Position numbers and translations under genes: made by a program
Shown: positions 1-10,195 of the stretch, in pieces
How positions within the stretch are numbered: the first letter of the stretch is position 1
How the letters are laid out: the number at the start of each line of letters is the position of its first letter
Notes under the pieces: model-generated
What the model saw: only the letters and a program-made list of their open reading frames with translations
Told to the model about the DNA's origin: nothing
Databases searched by the model: none
Source of the DNA: Magnetococcales bacterium
GTDB lineage: Bacteria > Pseudomonadota > Magnetococcia > Magnetococcales > JADGCL01
Length of the DNA: 64,000 bases
NCBI GenBank assembly: GCA_015229005.1
Contig: JADGCL010000004.1
Location: forward strand, 6,314-70,313
Direction of reading: 5' to 3'

Positions 1-400
1 GGTCCGAACCGGAATCTCCTGCCGGAGTTGCTGCCGATTTGTCTATTGCTCCGTCCTGCCCGGCCTCCATTGGAGCATCCATGGGGAACTCTGTGCCGAC
101 GGCGGCAGTGGTCTCTGGCCTTGGGGCGGAACCGGACGGATCGATTTCGGCTTTTCCGGTGGGTGTTTCTTTCTCGCCGGGCTGGTGATTCGCAGTGTTA
201 CTTGCGAGGGCGGGATCGGATTCGAGCGGAGGACGCTCACGCAAGCTGGCGTTGGCGTCGAGCCAACCGGCCAATCCGGCGACGGAGATTCGCCACCGCG
301 CATCGTGACTGGAGTAGACCGAGAGGAGGAGATAATTCCCCCCGGCCAAGGCCGCAACGAGAGCTGCAGGAAGGAGCAGTCGGGTTGGCCAATGCGGCAT
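1..400 (-). CDS. hypothetical membrane-anchored protein, 5' part only (ORF runs off the left edge)
   Basis: Reverse-strand ATG at 400-398 is preceded by AGAGGAA. I translated the frame by hand and it stays open to nt 1, so it is absent from the supplied track (no stop reached). N-terminus MPHWPTRLLLPAALVAALAGGNYLLLSVY looks like a signal/TM segment. The rest is Pro/Ala/Glu-rich. No family recognised. Confidence 0.4.
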   Translation of the reverse strand, partial: MPHWPTRLLLPAALVAALAGGNYLLLSVYSSHDARWRISVAGLAGWLDANASLRERPPLESDPALASNTANHQPGEKETPTGKAEIDPSGSAPRPETTAAVGTEFPMDAPMEAGQDGAIDKSAATPAGDSGSD

Positions 401-671
401 GGACTCGTTCCTCTTGGTGGTTACGGGTCTTTGCGGGCGCCCCGCTCCCGAGGGGGCAGCCAAAACAACCCTCCAGGGGGATTTTACACCACTGTTGCTC
501 ACCTTGGAATGACATTCTTTTCCTGGGTGAGGCTGCCGTCGCTTATGGTATTTGCTGCCGTTCTGTCCGGATGGTGGGGCAATTGGGTATTGCCGTTGAG
601 TGAGGGAATGGGGTATTGCTACCAGGGGCGATGGATGTGCCTGGAAGTTACTGCTTGGTCTTGAGAGTCCC

Positions 672-2546
672 ATGCCGCTGGAAAATGAGATTGCCATTCT
701 CGTGGATTTTTGCCGGCGGGCCCTTGGGGACGAAAACGCCGAGCGGGTGGCCAGGGCGGCCCGATTGGCGGTGCGTTTTCACGAAGGGCAGGTTCGCAAG
801 CTGGACGGAAGCCCCTACGTGACGCACTGTCTGGAGGTTGCCACGGAGTGTCTGGAGCGGGGGCTCTTGGATGTGGATGCCATCGCTGCCTCTCTGCTCC
901 ACGATTCCCTCGAAGATGCCCCGGCATCAATGGATGCCGGAGGCGAGATCGAACGGGCCCTTGGTCCGGCGGTTCTGGAGATGGTCCTGGCGCTGTCGAA
1001 GATCCGCAATCTCCAGACCGGAACCGGTGATATCCCCGCGACCTACCGGCGGATCCTGGGGGCTGCCGCCAAGGACCTGCGGGTACTCATCATCAAGATT
1101 TTCGATGTCCTGCACAACGCCTCCACGCTGGGGGTACACGGACCGGCAAAGGCGAAGGTCAAGGCCAGCCTGGGGCTGATCTACGTCGGGGTGGCCCGTC
1201 GCCTTGGCATGATGGATGTCGCTGATCGGCTGATCGAACACTTTCTGCCGCATTTGATGCCGGTACAGTATCAGCGGGCGATGAAAAATCTGACCACCCT
1301 GCAGAAGCAGGGAGCGGCGGGCATGAATCGTCTGCTGAAGGTATTGGAAGTGGTTCTTCACGACGATCTGGCCCGAGATTTTTCTCTGGAGAGCAAGAAG
1401 ATCGCCGATTTTTTCTACCTGACCGAGAAGCCTGGGACCGGGCGTTTGCAGCGGGTGGGATGGCCGGTTTTCCGGCTGCGCCTTTTCGTCGATGACGACG
1501 ACAAGGCCTGGCGGGTCCTGGGAAAGATGCACACCCTTTTCGGGCCGCTGCCGCGACATATCCGGGATTATCTCAATGCTCCCAGGATCAATGGCTTTCG
1601 TGCTTTGACCAGCCGGGTGTTCTGGGAGGGTCAGCCGTTCACTGTCCAGGTGGTTCGTTCCCAGGATCACGCGACCAACCGTCGAGGGGTCCTTGCCCAG
1701 TGGGGCAAGAGCGGTCCCGACATGGCCCCCTACATGCGGTTGTTGGCAACCTTGGGCGACAGCGATTTGCGCATGTCCGAGGTCCATGCCCATGTGTTGC
1801 CGGACCTCCTGGATGTCTACACCCCCCGGGGGGATCGGCTCACCTTCCCGGTGGGCTCGGTGGTAGTCGATTTCGCCTATCTGGTTCATACCGAGTTGGG
1901 GGAGCGGTGCGTCGGTGCCAAGGTCAACGGCATTGTTCGTCCCCCGGATCATCCGCTGGGGGACGGGGATGTGGTGCGGGTTTTGACGGCCAAGGAGGCC
2001 AGGCCGCAGCGGGCCTGGTTGGACGTCGTCAAGACCGCTCGCGCCAGGACTCTGATCAAGCAGGCCCTGAAGAATCGCGATATCCCGGTCGATGGCATCA
2101 AGCGGACCCTGTCGGGCAATTTTCTTCTGACCACCTTGAGCGGTCCGGATATTCTATGGTCGACCTGCTGCATGGCGGTGCCGGGTGATGCCATCATCGG
2201 TCGTCTTTCCGGCGACGGGCGCTGGATTGTGCATCGTGCCGACTGTGCCAAGGCCCAGGGCAGTCAGTGGCTCCCGGGGGCCTGGGCGCATACCACCCGG
2301 TCGGAGATTCTCCAGGTCACTTTCATTATCCATCACCGGACCGGTTCCCTGCTGCCGGTTCTGGAATTGCTGGCGAAAAGGGGGGTCAACGGTCACTCCA
2401 TCCAGGGGCAGGGGCGCTCGGCCGACAGCTACATCATCGCCATGGAGCTGGAAAGCCCGGATCATCCGACGTTGGGGACGGTGCTCAAGGAGCTGGCCAC
2501 GGTCTCATCGGTCCAGGAGATCCGGAGTTATTGCTGGAAGCAGTAG
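672..2546 (+). CDS. long RelA/SpoT homologue (HD hydrolase, degenerate synthetase core, TGS, CC, ACT)
   Basis: ORF 600-2546; the ATG at 672 (MPLENEIA) is taken as the start. Motifs: HD (ASLLHDSLED), RelA_SpoT-like core (DYLNAPRINGFRALTS), TGS (VYTPRGDRLTFPVGSVVVDFAYLVH..GAKVNG), CC (CCMAVPGD..HRADC), C-terminal ACT-like segment. Confidence 0.85.
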   Translation: MPLENEIAILVDFCRRALGDENAERVARAARLAVRFHEGQVRKLDGSPYVTHCLEVATECLERGLLDVDAIAASLLHDSLEDAPASMDAGGEIERALGPAVLEMVLALSKIRNLQTGTGDIPATYRRILGAAAKDLRVLIIKIFDVLHNASTLGVHGPAKAKVKASLGLIYVGVARRLGMMDVADRLIEHFLPHLMPVQYQRAMKNLTTLQKQGAAGMNRLLKVLEVVLHDDLARDFSLESKKIADFFYLTEKPGTGRLQRVGWPVFRLRLFVDDDDKAWRVLGKMHTLFGPLPRHIRDYLNAPRINGFRALTSRVFWEGQPFTVQVVRSQDHATNRRGVLAQWGKSGPDMAPYMRLLATLGDSDLRMSEVHAHVLPDLLDVYTPRGDRLTFPVGSVVVDFAYLVHTELGERCVGAKVNGIVRPPDHPLGDGDVVRVLTAKEARPQRAWLDVVKTARARTLIKQALKNRDIPVDGIKRTLSGNFLLTTLSGPDILWSTCCMAVPGDAIIGRLSGDGRWIVHRADCAKAQGSQWLPGAWAHTTRSEILQVTFIIHHRTGSLLPVLELLAKRGVNGHSIQGQGRSADSYIIAMELESPDHPTLGTVLKELATVSSVQEIRSYCWKQ

Positions 2547-2568
2547 TGGGTCTGGAGCGGGGGGGGGG

Positions 2569-2970
2569 ATGATGGTTATGACCACCGGGAAGAGGCAGCT
2601 CAAGGCGTTGCTGGAGGCTTGGGAGAGGCTTGGCGATTCCGAGCGGGAGAGCGTCGTCCACTTTGCCCGGTTTCTTTCGGCTTCTTGCCCCCCGATCCCG
2701 GAATCATCGGTTCCCGAGGCTCCGGTTCTTCAGGCGCCTGTTCCCGGGGAAACCGCGATCCAGGCCCTGAAACGGTTGAAGCGCGGCTACCCCATGATCG
2801 AGGCCGACAGTCAGCTCCTGGATGCCGCCTCGCGGCTGGTCATGGAGCGGATGTTCGGCGGCGAGGAGGCGGCGGTGATCGCCCGGATGGAGGCGCTTTT
2901 CGCCGGGCGTTACCGGGAGTGGGCCGAGCTTCGCTCGGTAAATGGGGGGGGGGCAGGCAACGGCGTATAG
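2569..2970 (+). CDS. hypothetical protein (133 aa)
   Basis: In-frame ATG at 2569 (MMVMTTGKRQLKALLEAWERLGDSE), just after a G-rich RBS-like run. The upstream part of ORF 2185-2970 overlaps the RSH gene. The composition is protein-like but no family is recognised. The 3' end overlaps the next gene convergently by about 60 nt. Confidence 0.4.
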   Translation: MMVMTTGKRQLKALLEAWERLGDSERESVVHFARFLSASCPPIPESSVPEAPVLQAPVPGETAIQALKRLKRGYPMIEADSQLLDAASRLVMERMFGGEEAAVIARMEALFAGRYREWAELRSVNGGGAGNGV

Positions 2971-3216
2971 TCGCTGGTGATCGGTTTGGAGGTCTCTTTC
3001 AGTCGTTCCGCCGCCACGATCAGGGTGAGAATGGCGAAGACGACCAGGAGGAGTCGCCCCCAGCGGGTCAGGAACCAGGGCAATTTTGCTCTTCCCTCGA
3101 GGGGTGGGGTTGTTCCCGGTTTGGGAGGGGTGAAACTTCTCCAGACGAAGAGACCGGTGTGGACGATGGCGCTTATCGCTATTGCCATCAGGAACAGGAC
3201 TGCTACGACACGCATG
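2910..3216 (-). CDS. small membrane protein with two predicted TM helices (102 aa)
   Basis: Internal ATG at 3216 is preceded by GGGAGGAAG. Sequence MRVVAVLFLMAIAISAIVHTGLF...LLLVVFAILTLIVAA. The ORF extends upstream to 3626, so the true start could lie further upstream. Confidence 0.35.
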
Positions 3217-3666
3217 TCTTCCTCCCTGGGGCCGCCGCATTCCGCGACGGTCTTTTTGTCGATGGAGAATTCCCGTTGACCTGGTCCCACCCTTTGATCA
3301 TCGAACTCGAGGCGGGTTCCCACCGCATCTGCGGATGCCGCGAAAGTCTCTCCCCGCCCCTGTGCGACGAGAGTGGGGGGGGCCTTTGCCGGCGCCTGGG
3401 CGTCGTTCTCGAACTGGGCGAAAGGCGGACGGTGGCCCTCTGTCAGTGCGCCCTGAGTCGGAAGATGCCCCTGTGTGACGGTGGTCACGGGACCCCGCAG
3501 CCGAAGCGGCGACCGAAAGGGAGGCCCTCTACGGGATGATCCAACAATCGGGAGCGGAAAGCCACTCCCGGAGAGGGGAGGGACGGGAGCGGGGTGGCGG
3601 TCCGGCGGGTTCTCCCCCGCCCGCATGGGGAGGGGGAGGTCTCGGGTAGCTCGGAGGGGGGTGTCT

Positions 3667-4017
3667 TCAGTGGAGGCGGTAGAGGGTCTCGGTCAGGCGG
3701 ACGCCGGACCGTTCTTCCCAGAGGATGAAGGCCTCTTCGGCCTCCTCTTCGAGCAGTGCGATCGGGAGATTCATGTGGTTGGCGATGATCTCGGTCGACC
3801 AGAATGGTTCGTTCTGGCTGGAAAAGCCGCTCGGCGGCGGGAGAGCCCCAAGCCGGTCTTCCATGAGGAGGTGGACTGCCTCCAGCAACTCCGGCTCTTC
3901 GTCTTCCATCAGGGACTCGCGTACCCGGTAGTAGTCGGGATGACTGGGGCCGGTCGCCATGATTTCCAATGCCTCCGTGACCCATGCCTTGTGCGGATTC
4001 GTTCTGGACATCGCCAT
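3667..4017 (-). CDS. hypothetical acidic protein (116 aa)
   Basis: Clean ORF with AGGGAGGA before the ATG. Balanced, protein-like composition (MAMSRTNPHKAWVTEALEIMATGPSHPDYYRVRESLMEDEEPELLEAV). No family recognised. Confidence 0.5.
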   Translation of the reverse strand: MAMSRTNPHKAWVTEALEIMATGPSHPDYYRVRESLMEDEEPELLEAVHLLMEDRLGALPPPSGFSSQNEPFWSTEIIANHMNLPIALLEEEAEEAFILWEERSGVRLTETLYRLH

Positions 4018-4466
4018 CCTCCCTGGACGCTCAAGCCTGTTGACCTGTAACGGTCACCCGATTGGGCACCGATGATTGCCCCCGCCAGGTGATGTCGGCT
4101 GCAAGAAAGTGGCCATGGATGGGAGGGTGGGATTATTGTCTGGAGTGGTGACTGGTGAAGCTGTTGCCTTTCGGAATTTTATGTCTGAAACGAACTGTTT
4201 TCGTTCTGTTATTCAGGATTGTCTACGGCTCTTTGCGGTGTCGGTCGGGGCTGCCGTATTCTGCCCGGGTCGGGTCCTGGGGACGAAAAGGGGAGAGGAA
4301 GTTTTGCCGGGGCGGCAATTTTTTCCGCCCGTGCTGGGGGTGACGAGGTTCCCGTTTTCGCCAGTTCCAGAGTGGGGTGCTGGTCGGGAGAATCCTTCTG
4401 GATTCGGGGCGATCGGTGGTCTATGCTTGCCGCGTGCAACGGGCGAGACGATGAGGTTGGATTCCA

Positions 4467-5303
4467 GTGGCATCATTTTTTAGACGATTCCTGACCGCCA
4501 TCGGTGGGCGTCCGCAGGTGGAGGCCAAGAGCGGGAAAGAGGGGGAGGAGGGGGACCTGCCGGTGGTGTCCCTGCGGGTTCCGGCGCCCTCGATTCCGGA
4601 GTCGAATCGGGTTTATGTGGTTGGTGATATCCATGGGCGGGTCGATCTCCTGCGTCGTTTGCACGCGCTCATGAGGGAGGATTTTGCCTCGACCCCGCCC
4701 GGGAGCAGGCTCTGGGTGGTCTACCTGGGTGACTACATCGACCGGGGGGAGACCAGTCGTCAGGTTGTGGATCTGCTCCTGGACGAACCCCTTCCTGCGA
4801 GCGAGACCGTTTACCTCAAGGGGAACCATGAGGCAGAACTGAGCCATTTTTTCGGGGATCCGGGTGCAGGCCACCAGTGGTTTCAGTACGGGGGGCTTGC
4901 AACCCTGTTGAGCTACCGGGTGCGGGTGCCATCGGTGGTGGTTCCCTCCGAGCGAATGCGGATTGTACGTGACGAGTTGATTCGGGTGATGCCGGAGCGG
5001 CACCAGCTGTTCTTCGCACGCCTCAAGCTCTTTGTGGAGATCGGTGATTATTTCTTCGTGCATGCCGGCATCGCTCCCGGCGTTCCCTTGGCCCGGCAAA
5101 ATCCGGCGGATCTCCTCTGGATCCGGGAGCCGTTTCTGGTCTCGACCCTTCATCACGAGAAGGTGGTGGTCCACGGGCACACGGTGTTCAAGGAGCCGAT
5201 GGTGTTACCGAACCGCATCGGGCTTGACACCGGGGCCTATTTTACGGGGAAGTTGACATGTCTGGTTCTCGAAGGGGAAGGGCGACGATTCATCACCACC
5301 TAG
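4467..5303 (+). CDS. PP1/PrpA-type serine/threonine phosphatase / metallophosphoesterase
   Basis: Calcineurin-like motifs GDIHGR, GDYIDRG, GNHE, VHAG and HGHT are present in the canonical order. The start is a GTG at 4467 (no upstream ATG in frame). Confidence 0.85.
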   Translation: MASFFRRFLTAIGGRPQVEAKSGKEGEEGDLPVVSLRVPAPSIPESNRVYVVGDIHGRVDLLRRLHALMREDFASTPPGSRLWVVYLGDYIDRGETSRQVVDLLLDEPLPASETVYLKGNHEAELSHFFGDPGAGHQWFQYGGLATLLSYRVRVPSVVVPSERMRIVRDELIRVMPERHQLFFARLKLFVEIGDYFFVHAGIAPGVPLARQNPADLLWIREPFLVSTLHHEKVVVHGHTVFKEPMVLPNRIGLDTGAYFTGKLTCLVLEGEGRRFITT

Positions 5304-7039
5304 CGAGTCGCTGTTGGGTGGTCAATCCGGGTCGCTTGCTTGGCCTGTGGCGCCTGTTTCTGCGATCGATTCTTCCGGACCGGCGTGTCCTGCTGGTCTT
5401 TCCGGGGCTTTTCTTCCTGGTCGGTTGTGCTGTCGACGGCGTCACCCCGGAAGCGGGAGGGGGAGACCCTGTGCCGGCGAGGTTGCTGATTATGCCCTTT
5501 CAGGGGGAGGAGCCGGTGGATGGCGCCGAGCAGATCCGGCAAGCGATGGAGGATTATTTCTCCGGGCGGGTGAGAGGGATGGCGGAGGTGGTTTGGCGGG
5601 AGCCGGAACGATCCCGGCTCGATCCGGTCGTTGATGGGGGGGGAGAGCGTTTGGCCCATCTGGGTGTGGACCGGGTGGTGAGCGGGCGCTTTCGTCAAGG
5701 TGCGGAGGGTTTTTTCACCCTGGAACTCCATGCCCCTCCCCGACCCGAGCCGGTCTGGGTGTTCAGTCTGCCGCTGGTTGCAGGTGAGGATCTCGGTGAG
5801 AAGACCCGCTTGGCCCTTATGCGGTTGACGGAACGTTACGACCTCTCCAGGGTCGTGGTCTCTTTTCTTGCCCCGGAAAAGAGGATGGCGCCCTCCCGAG
5901 TCGAAGAGGAGAGCCTTTCTTCGCCCGACGTCGCCGCTCAGCCGGCGTTGTTGCCTCCGACGTCCCCTCGACGTGGCATGGTTCCACAACGGCGGGAGGA
6001 GCGGGCTGCGACACCGGTGGAGGAGCCTCGTGGGAAATCCAAGGAGTCCCGGTTGCCATCGGTTGCTTCGACCCCTGGGGGGGCGGCGATCGGGGTGAAG
6101 CCGGAGGGGAAGGCGCAGGCGGATGGGGTGAAAGGTGCTGCGCTACCTCCTGGTGGGGAGGGGGTTGGGTCGAAGCCGGAGAGTGGGGATGTCGCTGCCG
6201 AAGCGAAAAGGGCGGCAGCAGGCAACGGGGCAGAAGCAGGAAAGAAGTCTTCAGGAGCTCCTGCGCGTTATGCGGTGCAAGTGGCCGGAGGGATGGGGCG
6301 GGAGGAGGCCGATCGGGCTGTCCGGGAATTGAGGCCCAAGGGATTTGCCGCAGTGGTCGTCCGGGATCCCAAGCGTGCGGAGGAGCATGGTTGGCGGGTT
6401 AGGATCGGTCCTTTCGGGAACGAAAAGGAGGCGATTGAGACGGGGGAGCGCTACCGTCAGGTCACCGGGAAAGAGGCCGTTGTATTGACTCTGAGAGCGG
6501 GGGAGGGGGCGGACTCTGAGGGCGGGAAGGCCCGGACGCCGGTTTCGGTCGCGTCGGGAGTCTCCTCTGACAAGGCCAAGGCTGCTGCCGGTGTCTCTAC
6601 CGCACCCGCTGCTGCGCCCGGGAAGAGTGCCGCGCCTGCGGTTACGCCCGGGAAGAGTGCCTCTGCTGCGCCCGCTGCCGCGCCCGGGAAGAGTGCTTCT
6701 TCGTCGTCTTCGGGTGGTGGCGCCGTCGAGGGGGGTACCCGTTACGTGGTCCAGGTGGGGGCTTTCGCCACGAAGGAGGCGACCGAAGCCCTTGTTGCAA
6801 AGCTTCGCCAATGGGGTTACCGACCTGTGGTCGAGCCTTCGGTCGATGGCCAGGGTCGTTCCCGCTGGAGTGTTGAGATTGGACGGTTTCGTGGCTTCAG
6901 CAAGGCGGATGCGCTGCGCACGGATTTCGTGCGCCAACGGGGGATGGAGGCGTTGGTGCGGACTATCGTCCCTCCTCCGGCAGCCGCACCCAAGTCACCC
7001 AAAGGTGAGGTGGGCAAGGGAGCATCTCCGAGACCGTGA
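5258..7039 (+). CDS. SPOR-domain lipoprotein with low-complexity linker
   Basis: Two SPOR-like modules: YAVQVAGGMGREEADRAVRELRPKGFAAVVVRD..WRVRIGPF, and YVVQVGAFATKEATEALVAKLRQWGYRP..WSVEIGRF. Lipobox-like FFLVGC. The alternative GTG start at 5318 would remove the overlap with the phosphatase gene. A PGKSA motif is repeated three times around 6600-6700. Confidence 0.8.
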   Translation: MSGSRRGRATIHHHLASRCWVVNPGRLLGLWRLFLRSILPDRRVLLVFPGLFFLVGCAVDGVTPEAGGGDPVPARLLIMPFQGEEPVDGAEQIRQAMEDYFSGRVRGMAEVVWREPERSRLDPVVDGGGERLAHLGVDRVVSGRFRQGAEGFFTLELHAPPRPEPVWVFSLPLVAGEDLGEKTRLALMRLTERYDLSRVVVSFLAPEKRMAPSRVEEESLSSPDVAAQPALLPPTSPRRGMVPQRREERAATPVEEPRGKSKESRLPSVASTPGGAAIGVKPEGKAQADGVKGAALPPGGEGVGSKPESGDVAAEAKRAAAGNGAEAGKKSSGAPARYAVQVAGGMGREEADRAVRELRPKGFAAVVVRDPKRAEEHGWRVRIGPFGNEKEAIETGERYRQVTGKEAVVLTLRAGEGADSEGGKARTPVSVASGVSSDKAKAAAGVSTAPAAAPGKSAAPAVTPGKSASAAPAAAPGKSASSSSSGGGAVEGGTRYVVQVGAFATKEATEALVAKLRQWGYRPVVEPSVDGQGRSRWSVEIGRFRGFSKADALRTDFVRQRGMEALVRTIVPPPAAAPKSPKGEVGKGASPRP

Positions 7040-7083
7040 TCGGTTGGTTTCCCGGGTTTCGGTCCGGTAGTACTCTTGCTGGA

Positions 7084-8241
7084 TCAGACCGCCCGCCCGT
7101 GCTGTTTGGAGTGGATGTCCACATGGATCAGGAGGGCCATGGCCAGGAGGACGGTCATCATTGAGCTGCCTCCGTAACTGACCAGGGGTAAGGGGATTCC
7201 GACGACCGGGAAGATCCCGATCACCATCCCGACGTTGACCACGACCTGGATGCCGAACAGGGCGGTGAGGCCGCTGGCGGTCAGGATGCCGAAGCGGTCG
7301 TGGGCCGCCGAGGCGATGATCCAGCCTCGGAGGATGGTCAGTCCGTAGAGGAGGATGAGGAGCATTGTTCCCAGGAAGCCCCACTCTTCGGCCAGCACTG
7401 AGAAGATGAAGTCGGTGTGCCGCTCGGGGAGGAAATCGAGGTGGCTCTGGCTTCCTTCCAGGAATCCTTTGCCGAACACCCCACCGGAACCCACGGCGAT
7501 CTTTGACTGGATGATGTGGTAGCCTGATCCGAGGGGGTCCTGCTCCGGAGAGAACAGGGTAGCCACCCGGCGTCGCTGGTAGTCGTGCAGGTTGCTCCAG
7601 ACCAGGGGACCGGAGGCGCCCAGTACGACCAATCCGGCGACGACCCCGCGCCAGGATAGTCCGGCCACGAAGATCACCACTCCCCCGACGGCGGCCACCA
7701 GAAGTGCTGTACCCAGGTCGGGTTGTTTGGCGATCAGGCCGACCGGGGCCATGATCAGGATGGCCGGCATCCAGAGCTCTTTCCAACCGAGTTGCGTCGT
7801 CACTCCGCGATCGTGAAAATACCGTGCCAGGGCCAGGATCACCCCGACCTTCATCAACTCCGAGGGCTGGAACCGGAATGATCCCAGCACCAGCCAGCGG
7901 CGGGCTCCCATACCAACGGTCCCGCCCATGGCGACTGCCAGGAGGAGGAGCAGGGAGATGCCGTAGAAGAGGTAGGTGTAGCGCCTGAACAGTTTTTCGC
8001 CCACAAAGAGGGTGATTGCGAAGAGGAGAAGGAGTCCCACGACCAGGCGCAATCCCTGCCCCCAGAAGAGATCGATATTTTCCCGTCCCCCGACTGCGGA
8101 ATAGAGGATGATCAGTCCGAGGATGGCGATCGAGAGTAGCAGGGCCACAAGGCTCCAGGGGTAGCGGCGCAGGCGTTCGCCCAGTCCCAGTCGATCGTCT
8201 CCGGCGATCCCCAACATCGCCGCCCAGTTCGTTCTGATCAT
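7084..8241 (-). CDS. rodA: rod shape-determining protein RodA (SEDS family)
   Basis: 385-aa polytopic FtsW/RodA/SpoVE-like protein directly downstream of PBP2 in the mre cluster. Confidence 0.95.
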   Translation of the reverse strand: MIRTNWAAMLGIAGDDRLGLGERLRRYPWSLVALLLSIAILGLIILYSAVGGRENIDLFWGQGLRLVVGLLLLFAITLFVGEKLFRRYTYLFYGISLLLLLAVAMGGTVGMGARRWLVLGSFRFQPSELMKVGVILALARYFHDRGVTTQLGWKELWMPAILIMAPVGLIAKQPDLGTALLVAAVGGVVIFVAGLSWRGVVAGLVVLGASGPLVWSNLHDYQRRRVATLFSPEQDPLGSGYHIIQSKIAVGSGGVFGKGFLEGSQSHLDFLPERHTDFIFSVLAEEWGFLGTMLLILLYGLTILRGWIIASAAHDRFGILTASGLTALFGIQVVVNVGMVIGIFPVVGIPLPLVSYGGSSMMTVLLAMALLIHVDIHSKQHGRAV

Positions 8242-8304
8242 CGTCTCCCTTCCTGCATCCGGTTTGGAGCGTTCATCGTCGCCACCTCCCGACTGCTTCG
8301 GCCT

Positions 8305-10194
8305 TCACTCCTCCTGCTCTTCCTGGGGCGGCGCCTGCCGTTTCGTTGTATTCCCGGGGTCGGGGTTGGTGGTTCCGGCCACCTTCACCCCTCCCGAGAG
8401 TCGCGAAAGGTAGAGGTCGATGACTCGTTTGGCGACCGGTGCGGCGGTGCTCCCGCCGTGGCCCCCGTTTTCCACGATCACCGAGATGGCGATCGCGGGG
8501 TCGTCCACAGGAGCGAAGGCGACGAAAAGCGCATGATCCTGATAGAGGGGATTCGACGCGTTCAGGGCTTTGCCATCGGCAGCCCGTTTTCCGCGAACCA
8601 CCTGCGAGGTGCCTGTCTTGCCGGCCACACGTCCGAACTCGGACCTGGCTTTTCGACCTGTTCCTCGGGCCCCGTGAACGACCTCTTCCAACCCCTCGCG
8701 GATCAGAGAGAGGTGATGCCTGTTGATCTGGCCATGCTCGACGATCTCCGTTTGTCCGCCTTTGTCGTTCCAAACGAGTGTCGGCCGTCGTAACGTACCG
8801 CCGTTGGCGATGGTGGCGATCATGTTGGCCAGTTGCAAGGGTGTGGCCAGGACATAACCCTGGCCGATGGCGGTGATGAGGGTCTCCCCGGGGAACCAGC
8901 CGGCATTGAAGCGGCGCCGTTTCCAGGCTCGCGAGGGGATCAGACCGGCGGCCTCCTCGCGGAGTCCGAGTCCGGTCAGCTTGCCCAGTCCCAGGAGATG
9001 GGCGTGGCGCTCGATGCTGTCGATACCGATCCGCTCGGCCATTTTATAGAAATAGACGTCGCAAGACTGGGAGATGGCCTGTTTCAGATCCATCCGCCCG
9101 TGGCCGCGATGCTGCCAGCAATAGAACCGGTGATTCTGACGATTGAGGGAGCCGTTGCAGTAGATGCCTTCCGACGGGTTGAGTTTGCCGTCGTCCAGGG
9201 CGGCCAGGGCGACTACCATCTTGAAGGTCGACCCGGGGGGGTATTGTCCCTGGATGGCCTTGTTGGTGAGGGGGCGTCTCTTGTCGGTCAGGAGGGCATT
9301 CCATTCCTTGCGTGAGATCCCCTGGATGAACATGTTGGGATCGAAGGAGGGTTGGCTGGCCATTGCCAGGACAGCTCCGGTCTTGGGGTCCATTGCGACC
9401 ACTGCCCCGACGCGATCTCCAAGGGCGGCTTCGGCCTCGCGCTGGAGTTCGGGATCGATGGTCAGACGCAGGTCCATCCCCGGGCGGGGATCGGTACGGT
9501 TCAGCTCTCGCACTTGTCGACCGAGGGCATTGACCTCCATTTCTCGGACCCCTTCGCCGCCGCGCAAGAGGGGTTCGAACTGTCGTTCCATTCCTGCCTT
9601 GCCTACGAGATCTCCGGAGCGGAAATTGATTGTGGGGAAGGCGTTTTTGTCAGAGCTGCTTACCTCGCCCAGGTATCCCAGGACGTGGGAAGCCAGGGTT
9701 CCGTTCGGGTAGGAGCGCAAGTTGTAAGTTTGAATCTCCGTGCCTGGAAAGGAGTGTATTCTGACCTGGACGCGACTCAACTCTTCCCAAGTTAATCGCG
9801 ACTTGACTTTCAGCGGCAGAAAACGCCTCTGGGATCGCGATTTTTTGATGACCGAAAGGATTTCCTCTTCCGACAAATCCACATAGGGGGCGAGTCGTCG
9901 CAGCAGCCGGCCCAGTCCTCCGGAGAGTTCCGGGATGACGGATAGGCGGTATTCCGGGGTGTTGTCGACCAGCACGCCGCCGGTTCGGTCCAGAATTCTC
10001 CCTCGGGGGGCGGCGATCGGTTCCAGACTGATGCGGTTGTTTTCGGCCAGATCGTGGTAGGTACCCCCCTTCAATACCTGGAGATGGAAGAGGCGACCGG
10101 CCAGGGCGGCCACGGAGAGTCCGGTCAGGCCACCGAGGACCAGGAGTCGTCTGCGGGATTCTCCCCGGAAGAGATCGTGATCGTTTTCCAGCAA
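8305..10194 (-). CDS. mrdA: penicillin-binding protein 2 (elongasome transpeptidase)
   Basis: 629 aa. N-terminal anchor, PBP dimerisation region, transpeptidase motifs STFK, SCD(V) and KTGT. Located between mreD and rodA. Confidence 0.95.
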   Translation of the reverse strand: MLENDHDLFRGESRRRLLVLGGLTGLSVAALAGRLFHLQVLKGGTYHDLAENNRISLEPIAAPRGRILDRTGGVLVDNTPEYRLSVIPELSGGLGRLLRRLAPYVDLSEEEILSVIKKSRSQRRFLPLKVKSRLTWEELSRVQVRIHSFPGTEIQTYNLRSYPNGTLASHVLGYLGEVSSSDKNAFPTINFRSGDLVGKAGMERQFEPLLRGGEGVREMEVNALGRQVRELNRTDPRPGMDLRLTIDPELQREAEAALGDRVGAVVAMDPKTGAVLAMASQPSFDPNMFIQGISRKEWNALLTDKRRPLTNKAIQGQYPPGSTFKMVVALAALDDGKLNPSEGIYCNGSLNRQNHRFYCWQHRGHGRMDLKQAISQSCDVYFYKMAERIGIDSIERHAHLLGLGKLTGLGLREEAAGLIPSRAWKRRRFNAGWFPGETLITAIGQGYVLATPLQLANMIATIANGGTLRRPTLVWNDKGGQTEIVEHGQINRHHLSLIREGLEEVVHGARGTGRKARSEFGRVAGKTGTSQVVRGKRAADGKALNASNPLYQDHALFVAFAPVDDPAIAISVIVENGGHGGSTAAPVAKRVIDLYLSRLSGGVKVAGTTNPDPGNTTKRQAPPQEEQEE

Positions 10195-10195
10195 G

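Noticed and set aside
28-664. Plus-strand ORFs 28-603 and 185-664 upstream of the RSH gene
   Set aside because: Arg/Trp/Pro-rich translations without an RBS or motifs. The open reverse frame 400-1 with a TM-like N-terminus explains the region better.
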